DNA of 64,000 bases from positions 62,001 to 126,000 of the forward strand of contig CBFFRP010000371.1 in assembly GCA_965644295.1 (NCBI GenBank), in the 5' to 3' direction. Shown here piece after piece: positions 13,471 to 27,291 of this stretch (its first letter is position 1; each line of letters starts with the position of its first letter). Below the pieces are notes generated by a model that saw nothing but the letters and a program-made list of their open reading frames with translations, did no database searches and was not told the origin of the DNA. The stretch comes from Paraphysomonas bandaiensis. Lineage: Eukaryota; Protista; Chrysophyceae. Position numbers and translations under genes: made by a program.

Positions 13471-14134
13471 ATGGCTCTACGTGCAGTTGTGCAGAAAGCT
13501 AAACCAGTTGCTAAGGAGACTCAGCGAGTTAATTGCATTCCTCTGTATAGGTTGAATAATTAATACCATTCCTGTGCATCATATCATCATATTTTCTGAC
13601 TCAGGGCAATGTTACGTGAACTTCCCCGTGTATTGGTTATATACGATATTGATATGCCTATAAGAAAAGCTACAGCAGCTGTGGAAAAACATTTTCGACA
13701 GAATGCTGATGTCAAAGACCCCAGGTACATATACCTGCATGTCTGTATATACATACGAATAGTGTTATAAGTATATCTATATTGCCAATGTATCTAGAAA
13801 CTGATGTAGCATAATTATGTTTGAAATTTACTTAAACCCAGTTTATTCGTCGTGTGATGGATTTTGTGCAACAGGGTGCTGAATATACTCTTGGGTAAGG
13901 GTTACATGGAGTTGGAAGAGACACTATTTCAGTGGAAGCAAAAAAGTCATTTAATGGATCGTTTGGAGGTAAGTTAATTATTCCCGCAGAGCATTATGAG
14001 TAGCCTGCTTGCTATACATGCTGTTTACCGTTCTTGCTGATATTCGTGTATTATAGCCTGTCGAAATGGCATCTGCTGAGGATGTGACGGCCGCTGAGAG
14101 AGCGTGTCTGGGGAAGGACTACAAATTTGAATAA
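13471..14134 (+). CDS. NDUFA6: Complex I LYR-family subunit B14/NDUFA6 (4 exons)
   Basis: Spliced: MALRAVVQKAKPVAKETQRVNCIPLYR/AMLRELPRVLVIYDIDMP...HFRQNADVKDPR/VLNILLGKGYMELEETLFQWKQKSHLM. LYR motif and the WKQxxH NDUFA6 signature are present. Confidence 0.9.
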
Positions 14135-15585
14135 GTACGTTTTTGTTGCGCAGTGGCCGTGTAACTGTTAGAACATGAAACATTACCGCGTGCTTGATAT
14201 GGAGCCGTTTGTTGGTATTAATTTAATAGCTATATTTACCTTACTGGCTTTAACAGTTTGAGGTTCACTATGTTATTCTGAAGGAGAGCGTTCTATTGAA
14301 AGCTCGATGATTAATCCACGAAACATTACATTACGAAATATATATCGAGTAACAATATAACGCAACTCCAACAATGTATTGTGGGAGCCACTATATAAAT
14401 TGCATTTTAAAACATTGTAGGCTAGTAGCTCTTTATATGCCAATTGCCAGATAACCAAATTCACTAATTGTTAAGTGTACTGCTAGATTGTATCAAAAAA
14501 GTTTTGCAGAAAGGGGTTGATGAGCGCCCGAATCAATTTGAATCACGGCTAGGAAACAATATATTGATATATTGTATGTCACTATATTGTAATTGTATTG
14601 TTGGGCCAGTTTAAAATCTCCATCAATAGTGCGCCCATCAATTGTATTGATGGTACGCTATCTAACAATAGTATTGCAATATATTGTTTCCTATATCGGT
14701 ATATGTTTGTTGACCTAACATTGCTAATAACCACGACATAAGATGGTTTGCCCAAATCCAGTCTAGGCACTTAATAGAAGGAAGAAAGATTGAATTTATA
14801 GTATGACTGAATGTACATTTCAGTAATGATGACGACGATGCAAAAGTTGGTTGTACCAACGTACCAACAGCAGAATATATGAGCAGAAGAAGAATAGATC
14901 AATCAGTACCAATGACAACAATGTGTTGCAAAAAGAAGAGATTAAACCAACGTCGCGGATGTTAATTACAGCAAAGTGCATTCAAAATTCTCGTCATATA
15001 CAGTTGAGTTTGTATATATATCCTATTAGTAATTTCAAAACGTTCCGACACAGAGGTGGTCTTCATTGTAGTAGTGAAACAATTCAAACTCAAAATAAAA
15101 TAAACTCAAAAACTCAAACTCAAATTCAAAACACACTTAAAATAAAAGTAAGATGATTGCCATAGTAGTGTACTACGTGTAATTCCATACATTAAGACAT
15201 AACGATTAGTCTGTTATAGAGGGTGATTGTTGAATGCAAATCTATAGTTCCATTGGATAAAACTATGACATGAGTGATTGATATTGATATCTAGATATCA
15301 TAGATCTTGTTGCATGGACGTGGACTCCTCATGGCATGCATAGTGGATCATGAGCTGCTGTAGCCTGCTGTGGGTCTTGTGACTGTATTTGTACCGGACG
15401 GTACTATTATACGTACTTCGCTACATAGTCGTATGGTACAATTCAGATGTACTGAAGTACAGAAATGTTCTTTAAGCATCATATAGTTCCTACTTTACAT
15501 ACATACAGAGTACATATATACATACATGTACCTCTGGAAGATCCATATATAACCATCACCTTCATATATATTACTACAAGCCCCT

Positions 15586-16211
15586 ATGAAATTACTATCC
15601 ATATTCCTTGTGATATCGATAATGGCAGGAGCTGAAGCTTCATTCCCAGATCCTGATGTACACGCACACGGTGAGTACATCTCTCTATATATACAGACAT
15701 ACAGACGTACATATAGACGTATGTTACTACTCATATATGTATATATATATGGATATATGAATCTATTTTGAACTGATTTGTAGCAGCAGAACATATTGCT
15801 GGATCCAGATCCAGTCCGGGCAATTCGGTGCGTCACTGGCCTGACCTGAAAGGTGCAGTAATGTATATGTGTATATATGTATATGTATGTATATAAATGT
15901 GTGTATACTCTCTACGATTAAACATATATATATAGCATATAATATAGCGGAATGTATTGTAATACTCGTATGTAAGTGTTTTGTTTTTTCTACAGGAATG
16001 CACGCGGATGATGTAGAGATCAAGATTCACAGTGACCGACCTGAATTAAAAGTGCAGCGGGTTCCCAAGGTAAGCTTGTTTCATACATCGACTTCTGGTG
16101 TGCTGACATATCTTCTAGGACGCCATGGTTACGATGGATATGCGAGAAGACCGTGTGAGGCTCTTTGTGGATGAAAATGACCGAGTTGTACGTTCGCCTC
16201 GTGTCGGATAG
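15586..16211 (+). CDS. Secreted potato inhibitor I family (MEROPS I13) serine protease inhibitor (4 exons)
   Basis: Signal peptide MKLLSIFLVISIMAGAEA, then WPDLKG...IHSDRPELKVQRVP/DAMVTMDMREDRVRLFVDENDRVVRSPRVG*, which is the I13 signature. P1 residue is Met. Confidence 0.9.
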
Positions 16212-16856
16212 CCAAAATGTTATCCTCTACTATCTCTAGCAATTGGTTGAATATGAAAATTGAAAGTATGAAGATGAAATAAAATATTAGGAAATATTAG
16301 GATCTTAATACTGACGCATGATGTTGTATAAGGAGTAAGGAGATTCACCTCGAAATTATTTTGTATTTCAAGCTGCGATGACTTGAGTATGGTGAATAAT
16401 AATGGCCAAATTAAAATATATTTTTATCTTTCCGCATTGACTGTGCTCCCTGCATTGCGGGCTGTACGGACAGTAGAACGATAAGATTTCTACATTTCTA
16501 CTACCACATCTTGAATGGTAATAGTATTTCCATGTTGTCTACAGTCTACATGCATTGTGCCACGACCAGAGTTAATTTGAGGCTTCGCGAAGCAACTCTC
16601 AGAGTAGCTATAATTTTTTGTTTATACGGTTTATGACAACTATTTCCTATTCCTAGTGTTTTCGCAGCACTCTATGGGATATAGTTAGCGAAAGTGTGCA
16701 GCTTTCCACAATTGTGCCATACATCACGTCGATAGATACTGTATGAATTATGTTATATATCTTCAAGAGAACTTCGCAGACACAACACGCAGTTTCCAGT
16801 ACATAACTTCACACATTAAACATCATAATGAGTAGTTTAAAAAGACGCCCAACTAC

Positions 16857-19800
16857 CTATGTCCTACTTGATACAAACGGCACATACACATCAGCCTCAT
16901 GTTCTAGTAAAATGGCTTCACTTTCGTCGTCGTTGGGACCGAAACACTTTCTGGCGGCAATATTAAGAGAAATAGGGTAGTTCTTAAACCTCATCTCTGA
17001 AGTATCGTCGAAAAGGTTAAAATCTCCAACTCGCTCAATTTCACAAAATCCGTTCTGTGCGGCCCAATAATATTAGTTAGACATTTGACCACCCGTAACA
17101 AGTGACAAAAAACTTAAAATACCTGAGAAAGGATAGACGACAATGTGTCTTCATCGAATCCAGTCTGAAAAATAGCAATTAGATGCGCCACAACAACATA
17201 ATGGGCATATAGTAATCATGCACTGATAAATAATGTCATAATAATGCTATTAAAGCGCACCATGTGATAATCCCACTCATCCGATTGTGCACCATATATC
17301 ATTTTGCTTACAAACCAGCGCTCATTCAAGGACAAGCTCTCGTCCAGAAGAAGCCTAAATACATACAGCTATTACAAATATGGCAATCGAACAAGTCATA
17401 CATATACCGTGCCATGATTCTCATATCAGGTACAGCTACTAAAAGCAGCCCACCAGGAGCGAGAACGCGATTCCATTCTGAACGTGTTGAGACAGTTTTA
17501 CAAACTATCAAATCATATAGAATATCGAATAAAACCTGACAGTGCAGCCTCCATGGTGCCGTCTCCGAAAGGCACGTGTTCGAGTGCGTGACTGCCGTGC
17601 ACACAATAACATTAGATACTTCGACAATATATAGGAAATTTCGTACCTACTGTATATAGCCAGAGCAGAATTATCTGGAATACCCTATAAAAACGTCAAA
17701 ACAATAGAGAAAAACCTTCAATTAGAACTCACATGCAAGTCATGTAACTCGCGGACTATATCAGCCTGTTCTTCACTATTGAATGACGATTTCTACGTAC
17801 ACGCCAAATCATGCGTTGACAAATCCACATATCGCATTACCTGGGCATTCACATTGACCCATCCTTCCTTCCGCTTATATCCTCCGATGTTCAAAAGTAG
17901 GGGATCGTGCTGAATAAAAAAATCTTTTGAAAGTATGTCATGTCCTTGTCTCGTTTCCCCTGGGTCCCTTTTCCTCGGCGACCGCTTCTTGTTAATATTG
18001 CTCTGTGACCCAACAGTGGTCGCTACGCCATGTCGCTGTGCGTGTTGACGTCCCCGACTAAACGCGTCCAAGATAGGCCGCAAATATTTCTGTGGTCTCC
18101 TTACGGCTTGCCTGTCACTCTGGGCACCGTCGTCATATTCGACTTGCGCCACAGTTATCTTTTTCGCGGGACCTGCAGTACAATCAGTCAACACATTCTG
18201 TCAAAATATTCGTTACCAACAGTTATCACCTTTCGGAGGAAGAGTAAGTACATGAAAAGGTTTGCGACCTCTATTACGACTGAGCCTTCCCACCTCCCAC
18301 ATCGCCTGCCACAGCAGTTCTGTTGTTTTCGTCCACAACTACAGTATAATGTAAATAGCATTAACCAATTCTTCCATATATCTTATGCAAAGCTACCCGA
18401 GTGTCAAACAAAGTTTCCGTAACCCTCTTTCTTCCAACGTGCTCTCTCCAAATCTTAAGCGCTTGTTGGTCACGTGCATATTCAATGGCGATATCTTCGT
18501 ACTCCTTCAGCGAGAATGCAATGCCAGTATACGAGTCCAGCACCTCTGCAAAAGACTCGGCGGCCCTATATACATGTATATGAGTGTTGCATAATACATC
18601 CGACAAGCTGCTACGTAAAGACATGATAATAACGCTGCTGCGCCCACTGCAACGCTGAAATATCGAATCATACCTCTGCTCCATGTGACGTCCTCCGCCT
18701 AAACTCACTGTTGGAACACCAGCCCATATACCGTCGAGACCTTTCAAGTATGTTTTACAATTCCATCATTTTTATATATGCCATATACCAGTGGTATGTC
18801 CATTCTTGGAAGGTGTATCTAAGATCATATCTAGACTAGTTTTGGTACGTAAGTGGTCTATCCATGGCGCCTGAGGGGCGAGAGCAAGACGATCGGGGTC
18901 GACACCAAACGCTCTGTAAATATGTTACATTCAACATTCAGCCAATGCATAGCACGATAGATGAATTGCTCCGTTAAATAAAAATACCTGGCATACTCCT
19001 TCAGGTGTACAATCGCCGACTCATAACCCTGGTACTCTATAAACAGCTACACCACACCATCACAATTGCTCACGATCAGATACTATTCTAGAAATGAAAT
19101 ATGATGAAACGACAACACCGTACCATTTTGCTCCCAGGAACACTTTGTAATATGTTCATCCAGACGTGAAATATACTTGGAGTAACCTTCTGGAAGTTCG
19201 ATAGAGTTGCAAACAGTACGGTTGTCTTCGAGAGATCCTCTGCTGCCTACATGACCAGCAATTATAAAAGAATCCCCATCCGGTACATAATATATATACA
19301 TACCCTCATTGACTCTCGAGACTCCCTGTTAGCCCCATTATAGTCAAGAACCCCACCTCTTAACTGAGCGTAATCGTTGGCAATACAAGACGCTGGCATA
19401 TATGCTGCGCGTAATGGTTACAAATTGCACTCCATATGAACATAGGCAACCAACATATTCTACGAAATTCCTAAGCATACCTATATGTTCAACGAAAGCT
19501 TCTCTACCCTCGACGGGCAGTGCCACGGGATCCGCCATATAGTAATCTACGAAATCGGCACCTGAAATAGCGCATTCAGGAAGAGATATACATGGACACA
19601 ACCACATCCACCTGTCGACGTCGGAAAACCTAAAAACGAAACCTGTAGTCGCGCTGGTTTATGTTTTAATACATTCAAGCCACTATTTAGTGTATGTCCA
19701 TTTAAGTCTATTAGTATTTCTATACCCAGCAGTGCCATCTCAGTAGCGATATCCTATATCGAAGTATACAGGATATATTATTACATCTACTAAAGTCGGT

Positions 19801-21134
19801 ACGAGCACGATATTTATTCATACCTGTGTGTTCATATTGCTGAGTGTGATGAAGTGCTCTACGGTTTGTGTAATGTTCGTACCCCACCAACTAAGCTTGT
19901 CATTGAGAGCGAAGCAAAATAGCTCTATCTTTGATGTGTTTATATATTGGATCATTCCTCGCATCAATGTAGCCACAGGGTGCACTCCGAAGTCTGAAAC
20001 GAAACAGGAAAGTTAGATGCGGTCATCAATCAAGCACGCATTTCTTAAATATACCTGATGATACCAATCCAACTTTAAGCCTCTGAGGTGGTGAAACATG
20101 CTTTCTCCACTTGCTGGTGGCATGGGAGGGAACAGGGGGTTCCCAATAAGGGGCGACAATGTCATCATCCACAGTATATGGGCTCGGTGCAGCAGAAGGC
20201 AACTCTGTCGCCGCTAACTTGTGAATCCAGTCTATGTAGTGCATATCAAAAATAACATATGTATATTAGAATGTTTGTTGTGGTTCGGAGCTCTTACATG
20301 GAGCATTGATATAGGGCAGTCCAGATGAGCCCTCCAGAATGCACCCATCCTACAACACCACAAGCAGAGTCTCATTATCTACTGTATGCAAGGAAAAGTT
20401 CTATGCATATGTAAAGTAACGGGAAAACACACCTTGTTAGTATACGTAGGGTTGCATGCTAAAGCTGCTTTCTCCACAATCGAAGCAATGTATTCAAAAT
20501 TTTGCCACGAATCACTCCAACCCTAGAGCAGCATTCATTAGCACAACTTACAAAAATTAGAAAGCAGTAATGGATAACACCTTAGCTCGCAGTAGACGTG
20601 ATGCTGCATACGGATTACCCAGATTCAGTGCCTTTTCATAAGCCTGTATGCCATCGTCAATCTTAAACAGATGAAGCTGCGACTCCCCCAAGTTTATCCA
20701 GCATCTTCGATACACAGTATCAGTATCTCTATAAATCATGAAACACACATTCAATTTACCGAGTATCTGATGGATTATGTTGTACACATTTCTTAAATGC
20801 TTGCTCAGAATCTTCTATTCGTTGTGCAGAATGATATGCCACACCTAAAAAATTATACAAATTTGGCGACTCTTTATCAATAATAAGAGTCCCTAATACA
20901 GTATTATACATCTCACTCTACATACAGCATTCTCTTACCACGTTGAGATTCAATATCCTCTAAATAATTAATAAGATCAATGAAATGACCGCTATCTAAT
21001 AACTCTGTAACTGTTTGTCGGATCTTCTGAGGGTTATTATTAGAAGAGATATGTTTGCGTCTATTGCGAGCACTGATTGTGCTTGAGACAAACAGGAATA
21101 GAAGGAGTATAAGAAGAGGGGAGATAGGTTGCAT
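16857..21134 (-). CDS. Signal-peptide TPR + GT41 (OGT-like glycosyltransferase) fused to a C-terminal class I SAM methyltransferase; many exons
   Basis: MQPISPLLILLLFLFVSSTISA signal; TPR (CWINLGESQL...AYEKALNL); GT41 motifs KVGLVSS/DFGVHPV, ILIDLNGHT, QVSFLGFPTSTG, LDTPSKNGHTTGLDGIWAGVP. MTase motifs LNIGG...GWVNVN, SHALEH, EWNRVLAPGGLLLVAVPD. Ends ISLNIAARKC...SRT* at 16857. Confidence 0.82.
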
Positions 21135-21199
21135 GGTGTGTAGATATGGTGAAGAGAACGATTACATACCAGACTGCACCAACCTAACAACACCATGAA

Positions 21200-21628
21200 A
21201 CATACATACATACATACATACATACATACATACATACATACATACATACATACATACATACATACATACATACATACATACATACATACATACATACATA
21301 CATACATACATACATACATACATACATACATACATACATACATACATACATACATACATACATACATACATACATACATACATACATACATACATACATA
21401 CATACATACATGCATACATACATACATACATACATACATACATACATACATACATACATACATACATACATACATACATACATACATACATACATACATA
21501 CATACATACATACATACATACATACATACATACATACATACATACATACATACATACATACATACATACATACATACATACATACATACATACATACATA
21601 CATACATACATACATACATACATACATA
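21200..21628. repeat. (ACAT)n/(TATG)n microsatellite, ~430 bp, with one A>G interruption at 21412
   Basis: Read directly from the sequence. Confidence 0.99.
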
Positions 21629-22851
21629 CCGTTTTTTTTTTTATTAATATAACACCATACACCTCTATGTGCCCATATGCATATCTTATCCTTCCTTGAG
21701 CTACTACATCATGTGGATGCAGAGACAAGTAATGCCGTGGACGTATCGTACCCATATGGTATATGCAGTTAGCATTTAGAGGATCATGAGGTAGTACTAG
21801 TGCATTGAGTGATATCTATTGTTTGTGCAATGGACATTGCATAGGGGTACATATTATCAGAAATACAAGAAGCCGCTACGTTGAACATTAAGATGCCCTT
21901 TCCCACGCAATTTCCGAGGGCTATTTTGATATAAATAGCCTTCTGAGGGGTCGAATTGATGCTTTATTGTTTTGAAAATCAAAATGTTTAGCTGCTGCGG
22001 AGGTCTCAGTATGAAGTAATTATACAAAACACAGAGATCCGGTCATAGGCCTTATGACTCTTGTTTACGAACAGATGGAATATGCATAGCTGTCAAATCG
22101 ACAAAATTTAAGGTAATATATCGTTCAGATCAGTCAATATGAAAGAATATTAAACGACCTTTCACACGGAAGAAATGAATTGGCGCTACCAAAGTCCACT
22201 TACATCGATCTTGTCTCCGGGATATATGTCTTCAGATGTTTATTGTCATGGTAGGGGGGCGAACTTCGTATTTCCCACACATGTGTGGTTGTATATTTAT
22301 GCGTTCCTTACATTGTGTACATCACTGCTTGTGTATTATTGGCGACAATTCACACTCCGTTGATTTCACAACATATCCATGACACCGCATAGGTGTGTGT
22401 TCTATTTTTAGTATAAACTTTCCATAATATGAACGCTTATTAGTTACACCAGCCATGCAATGTAGTTGAAATTGCAGTCACAGCCTGTAAGCACGCACTG
22501 AATACTTGGAGACAAAAGACACAGAAAAATACAACTTATTCTATATGATGTATGCATGATTTTGAATTTAATAGTAATTCAAGTGCCTGATTTTACTTTA
22601 TTGCATACAATTCGATGCATTCTTTCAAAAATACGACATCGCAAGAGCAAATGAGAACCTTATCAACGCGATGCTATAGATATGTTTCTCAGCTATTATT
22701 ATGAAATAAGGAAATAGTGCTATCACAAACTATTCGTTTAAATTATTCGTTTGGTGAGAAACATTCATTTTGCACACACTTAGTGCGCTGAACATGATAT
22801 CAGGAAAAGGTCACAATAAAATTCCATCAGTGGTGAGAAGAAAAAATTGGC

Positions 22852-23568
22852 TTACTTGAGCAAGCATCGAGCACATATCCCACCCGCAAGTGTAGCGAGA
22901 CACTGTTTGCAATATCTCCTTCCGAAGTGACTGATTGCGGTATGAACAACACAATTATTTGAAGTAGACATCGCGTACGTCTCTTCGTTCGTGAAATAGA
23001 ACGGAATAATCTGCCCATTAGCATTGTATCCGTGAATAGAGTGAAGTTGTAAAACCGGTACCGAAGACTCACTCTCCCGTTGGGCAGAAGCGACCATACT
23101 TTTCAGGTGGGGTTCTGGGACGTGAATGACCAGCATGTTTTCATCACAAGACCGGTCAGGAGATGTAAAATTGTTAATACGACTGAAATTTTCTCCAATA
23201 TGGTGTACTTTCTCCTTTCCAGAGGCAAAATGAGGATCTCTGTCAGATTTATTGGTGGAGTGATTGTTTATACAAGCTCTACAGCAGGTCTGCACAGACC
23301 GCACATTAACTTCCTCAGAAACAAAAGTTTTCGGTGAAACACTCACGCCCAAATCTTTATGCATAATATCACAATCAGACATCATTAAGTACTGATGCAT
23401 TTCATCGAACCCATTCTCATATGCGATACGAAGTAATTCACCTTTATGAGTCAGGCTACATTCACTTAACTCATCAATATCAATATTATCAACTTCATTC
23501 GAGGGTGTATACTCGAAACATAGCGACGACACTTTACTGTTAATCCATTCACTTGATCTTCCACTCAT
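22852..23568 (-). CDS. Hypothetical protein (238 aa) with a C-terminal CxxC...CxxC zinc-ribbon-like motif
   Basis: Long ORF ending YCKQCLATLAGGICARC; no family recognised. Confidence 0.5.
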   Translation of the reverse strand: MSGRSSEWINSKVSSLCFEYTPSNEVDNIDIDELSECSLTHKGELLRIAYENGFDEMHQYLMMSDCDIMHKDLGVSVSPKTFVSEEVNVRSVQTCCRACINNHSTNKSDRDPHFASGKEKVHHIGENFSRINNFTSPDRSCDENMLVIHVPEPHLKSMVASAQRESESSVPVLQLHSIHGYNANGQIIPFYFTNEETYAMSTSNNCVVHTAISHFGRRYCKQCLATLAGGICARCLLK

Positions 23569-24192
23569 TGTTCCAACTTTTTAACAAATAATTCCTTATG
23601 AGGCTAGTTGCCATACTGTGTGATCACTGATATAGCAAATGATTGTTCCGATCTACTGAATTGATGATGTCAGTGCAATGGACACCCTTCCATCTCAACC
23701 ATAGTGACATATGCATCAGTATGATCAGTGACGAATATCATGGTCCCTTTAGGTTCAATGTTCAAGGCCATATGACATGCTATTGAACTTAGATATAAAT
23801 TTCCTGGATTTTTTGAAAAAATCTGATATTATGAGGATGTAAAAAACGTTTTTACAAAAAAAACAGTTGCTGGATTTTTTTTGAAACATATGTGTCATTT
23901 TTTTGGATATTTGCATTTTCAGAAGTCTTCCACACTGCTGTGTCAGCTATAGAGAATCTGACAAGAAGTTGGTGGGTGGTACAGACGTACTACATATCGT
24001 ATCATCTTATATATATACGTATGCAGAGTATGTAGGATGTATGTATGGTGTTGTATCATGGGTGCATACACACCTACAGATTTGCATATATACAAGTGCA
24101 TCTATCCATATGTCTCCACATTATTTGCCTTAGCTATCAAAGTGTTCAGCTGTCTCTCTGCAATCTATAATACTACCAATACTACTTCAATA

Positions 24193-26070
24193 ATGAGTGC
24201 CTTTCTTGCGGACATCACGTGAGTGGATCACCAGGCTGCTGTGGTTGTTACTAATATAATTTTTATACAGTGTTGATCACATCCGATCCAATAAAGTCAG
24301 TACACGTAAAACAAAGATTATATGCACACTCGGTCCTGCATGCTGGTCAGTCGAAGGTCTCAGTGGTCTCATTGATAACGGCATGAATATTGCCCGTCTG
24401 AATTTCTCACATGGTGATCATGAGGTGTGTATGTTTGGGTTGATGCGTTGTCTGCTTGATAACATGTAATCCATTCAGGGACATGGTGCTACGCTAGAGA
24501 GACTACGAGAGGCTCTTGCTTCCCGCCCTGGATCTCATGTGCGTTTTATTAATATCTGTGTGTGAGGTTAATCTTAGCTATATGTAGGTTGGTGTCATGT
24601 TGGACACCAAAGGTCCTGAGATTAGAACGGGATTTCTTGACGAAAGTTGCAACAAAAAGCTTTCCCTTGTAAAGGGTCAGACAATTGAAATCGGAACCGA
24701 CTACGATCGTCTGGGTAACACTGAATACCTTGCATGCTCCTACAAGTCGCTCCCTACAACTGTGTCAGTTGGTAGTCGCATCCTTATCGCCGACGGTGCT
24801 CTCATGCTAGAAGTGGAAGAGATTCGGGCCGAATCAGTAATTGCCCGTATCTTGAACTCTGCAACTATTGGGGAGCGCAAGAATATGAATCTTCCCGGTG
24901 CGATTGTTGATCTCCCCACTCTCACCGACAAGGACATTGATGACATTACGAACTTCGGAATTCCTGAGGGAGTTGACTTCATCGCCGCCTCATTTGTTCG
25001 CCGTGGGAAAGATATTGACACTATTAGGGAAGTTCTTGGTGACGAGGGTGCTCACATCAAAATCATCGCCAAGATTGAGAACCAGGAGGGGCTGGAGAAC
25101 TTTGATGAGATCCTTGAAAAGGTACTTCTCTCCCTTTCATTGAATAGTAGGTGTTCCTGATCATTTGTTATAGACTGACGGAATAATGGTGGCAAGAGGA
25201 GATCTTGGAATGGAGGTAATGTTTTTAGAAAACTACTTATTGATGTGTTGTATTAATATCATTTGTAGATTCCTATCCAGAAGGTGTTCTTGGCTCAGAA
25301 GATGATGATCAAGAAGGTGCTGCATGTGTTGACGAAATGTTGATATATTTAACATGTATTCTGCTTTTAGGCTAATTCTGCGGGAAAACCAGTGGTAACA
25401 GCAACGCAAATGCTCGAAAGTATGATCACAAACCCTCGCCCTACCCGTGCCGAGTGCGCTGACGTGGCCAACGCCGTCTTAGATGGCACCGATGCCGTCA
25501 TGTTGTCTGGCGAAACTGCCAATGGAGAATTTCCTAACAACGCTGTCGCTATTATGGCAGACACTTGCCTAGAAGCGGAGAGCATGATCGATTATGATTT
25601 CGTTGGAGACAAGATCCGTCGTGATACACTTCAGAAGGTAAAGGGCATGTCATCCTTGGCAATTATATGAATGCTAATGTCGTCACCTGTAGCTGGGTTC
25701 TCTCGAACCTGCTGAGTCTATCGCCTCCTCAGCTGTGAAGACGGCCTACGATGTGCGTGCCAAAGTTATTGTCGTGTTAACAACAAGTGGAAAGACCGCC
25801 CGCTACGTTGCTAAGTACCGCCCAGAGATGCCTGTACTGGTGCTCACCGCCATGGGCCATGTAGCCCGCCAGACCCAGGGGTACTTGAAGAATTCGGAGA
25901 GTGCGATGTTGGGATCTATGTTAGGTACAGACGCTATCCTTGTACGTGCCCAAGATATGGCGAAAAGGCGCGGCTGGGTAAAGGCTGACGATAAGATGGT
26001 ATGTGTATACGGTCTTCGTGAGGGTACCACTGGGTCAACCAACATGCTCCGCGTTATTACTGTCGAGTAG
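24193..26070 (+). CDS. PYK: Pyruvate kinase (about 8 exons), probably cytosolic (no N-terminal extension)
   Basis: Motifs [80 protein letters not shown]. Confidence 0.98.
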
Positions 26071-27291
26071 AGCAGTAGCTGTAAAATTGCAGTCACGTGA
26101 TATTGTACCTCTGTCTGTCGACTTAGAGTCTGTGCAAGTCAAAGTAGTGCAATATGGGACGCATAGTTTTCGCTATTCGATATATTTTTGTGATTGCAGA
26201 ATGAGTAACATTTAACACTCTGGCAGCATTTTTGATACAAAAAAATAAGTGGTCTTTGTCCTCCTGGGGTGTATCTATCATATCTAATTTTAGAGAATAA
26301 GTGTTTGAATAAGATAGCTGAACACAGCGAACATGACACACTCGATTAAGTAAAAATGGCGACAAAGCATATCTCATCTATCATTGCAAACTTCCTACTA
26401 GATTAACTACACCTCACTAATTTACAGTTTACACTTAGTAGTACAAGTACGACAATTGATTTACGTTCAATGATTATTATTTAGTTTGCAACTTATATAG
26501 TTCATGTATACAGCTGCCTCCTTTTTCCATATGGCTGGGGCAGTGCTGAGGAACAACATAGTATTGTATGGTTAGCTGTCTGCATATTGTTTTCAGGACT
26601 TCATTGATACCAACGGAATCGGCAAACCTCTATACGCTTGAAGCCCTAAACGCAAAGTAAATCATGATGCGGCTCTGGTGGTGCTACGAATCGTATCATG
26701 GATACTTTTGCTTAGGCGATATCCTCATCTGGATGCTGAAAACCCCAAGTTTTATATTATATATTCATGAATTTTGTACGAAGTATAAAAAGTACTGTAA
26801 AGTTCATGTGTACGATGGGATTGAAATTTTCAGCCCCAAAAAAAAACAGGGACTGAAATTTTCTCCTACATCTATATAGACTATACTCTGTAGGTCTGTA
26901 GGGGATGATTGGGGTAGATGTGTATGTGTGTATATGTGTATGTGTGAGATATCGTGTGTATGAGATTGTTATGTACTGTATATGTACATACGTATCATAG
27001 TTGTGTCTGTTTTTGTCCACCACCCCATATATGTATGTATGTACAGTACGAGTAGTATGTCATCTATTGTAAAGTCTCAATATGCATAGCCCAGTCACAT
27101 TATATACACATCCACCAAACAATTAATGAATAACTTTGTATTCCTTACATCTAATCTCTGAATGATATCTCATATTAATGTGTGAGTGAGTGATAGTTGT
27201 ATAATTAGAGAGTTATTAGAGAATCTGCCCTTTAGTCACAGTTATCAACCATATCTGCTGCTCTCTGCTGTGAGATAGATACATTTCTACT

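Noticed and set aside
13726-13873. Enlarged NDUFA6 intron as a possible snoRNA host
   Set aside because: No convincing C/D pair with a terminal stem and no H/ACA double hairpin was found by eye.
20996-21755. ORFs of MYVC/HTYI repeats
   Set aside because: They are translations of the (TATG)n microsatellite.
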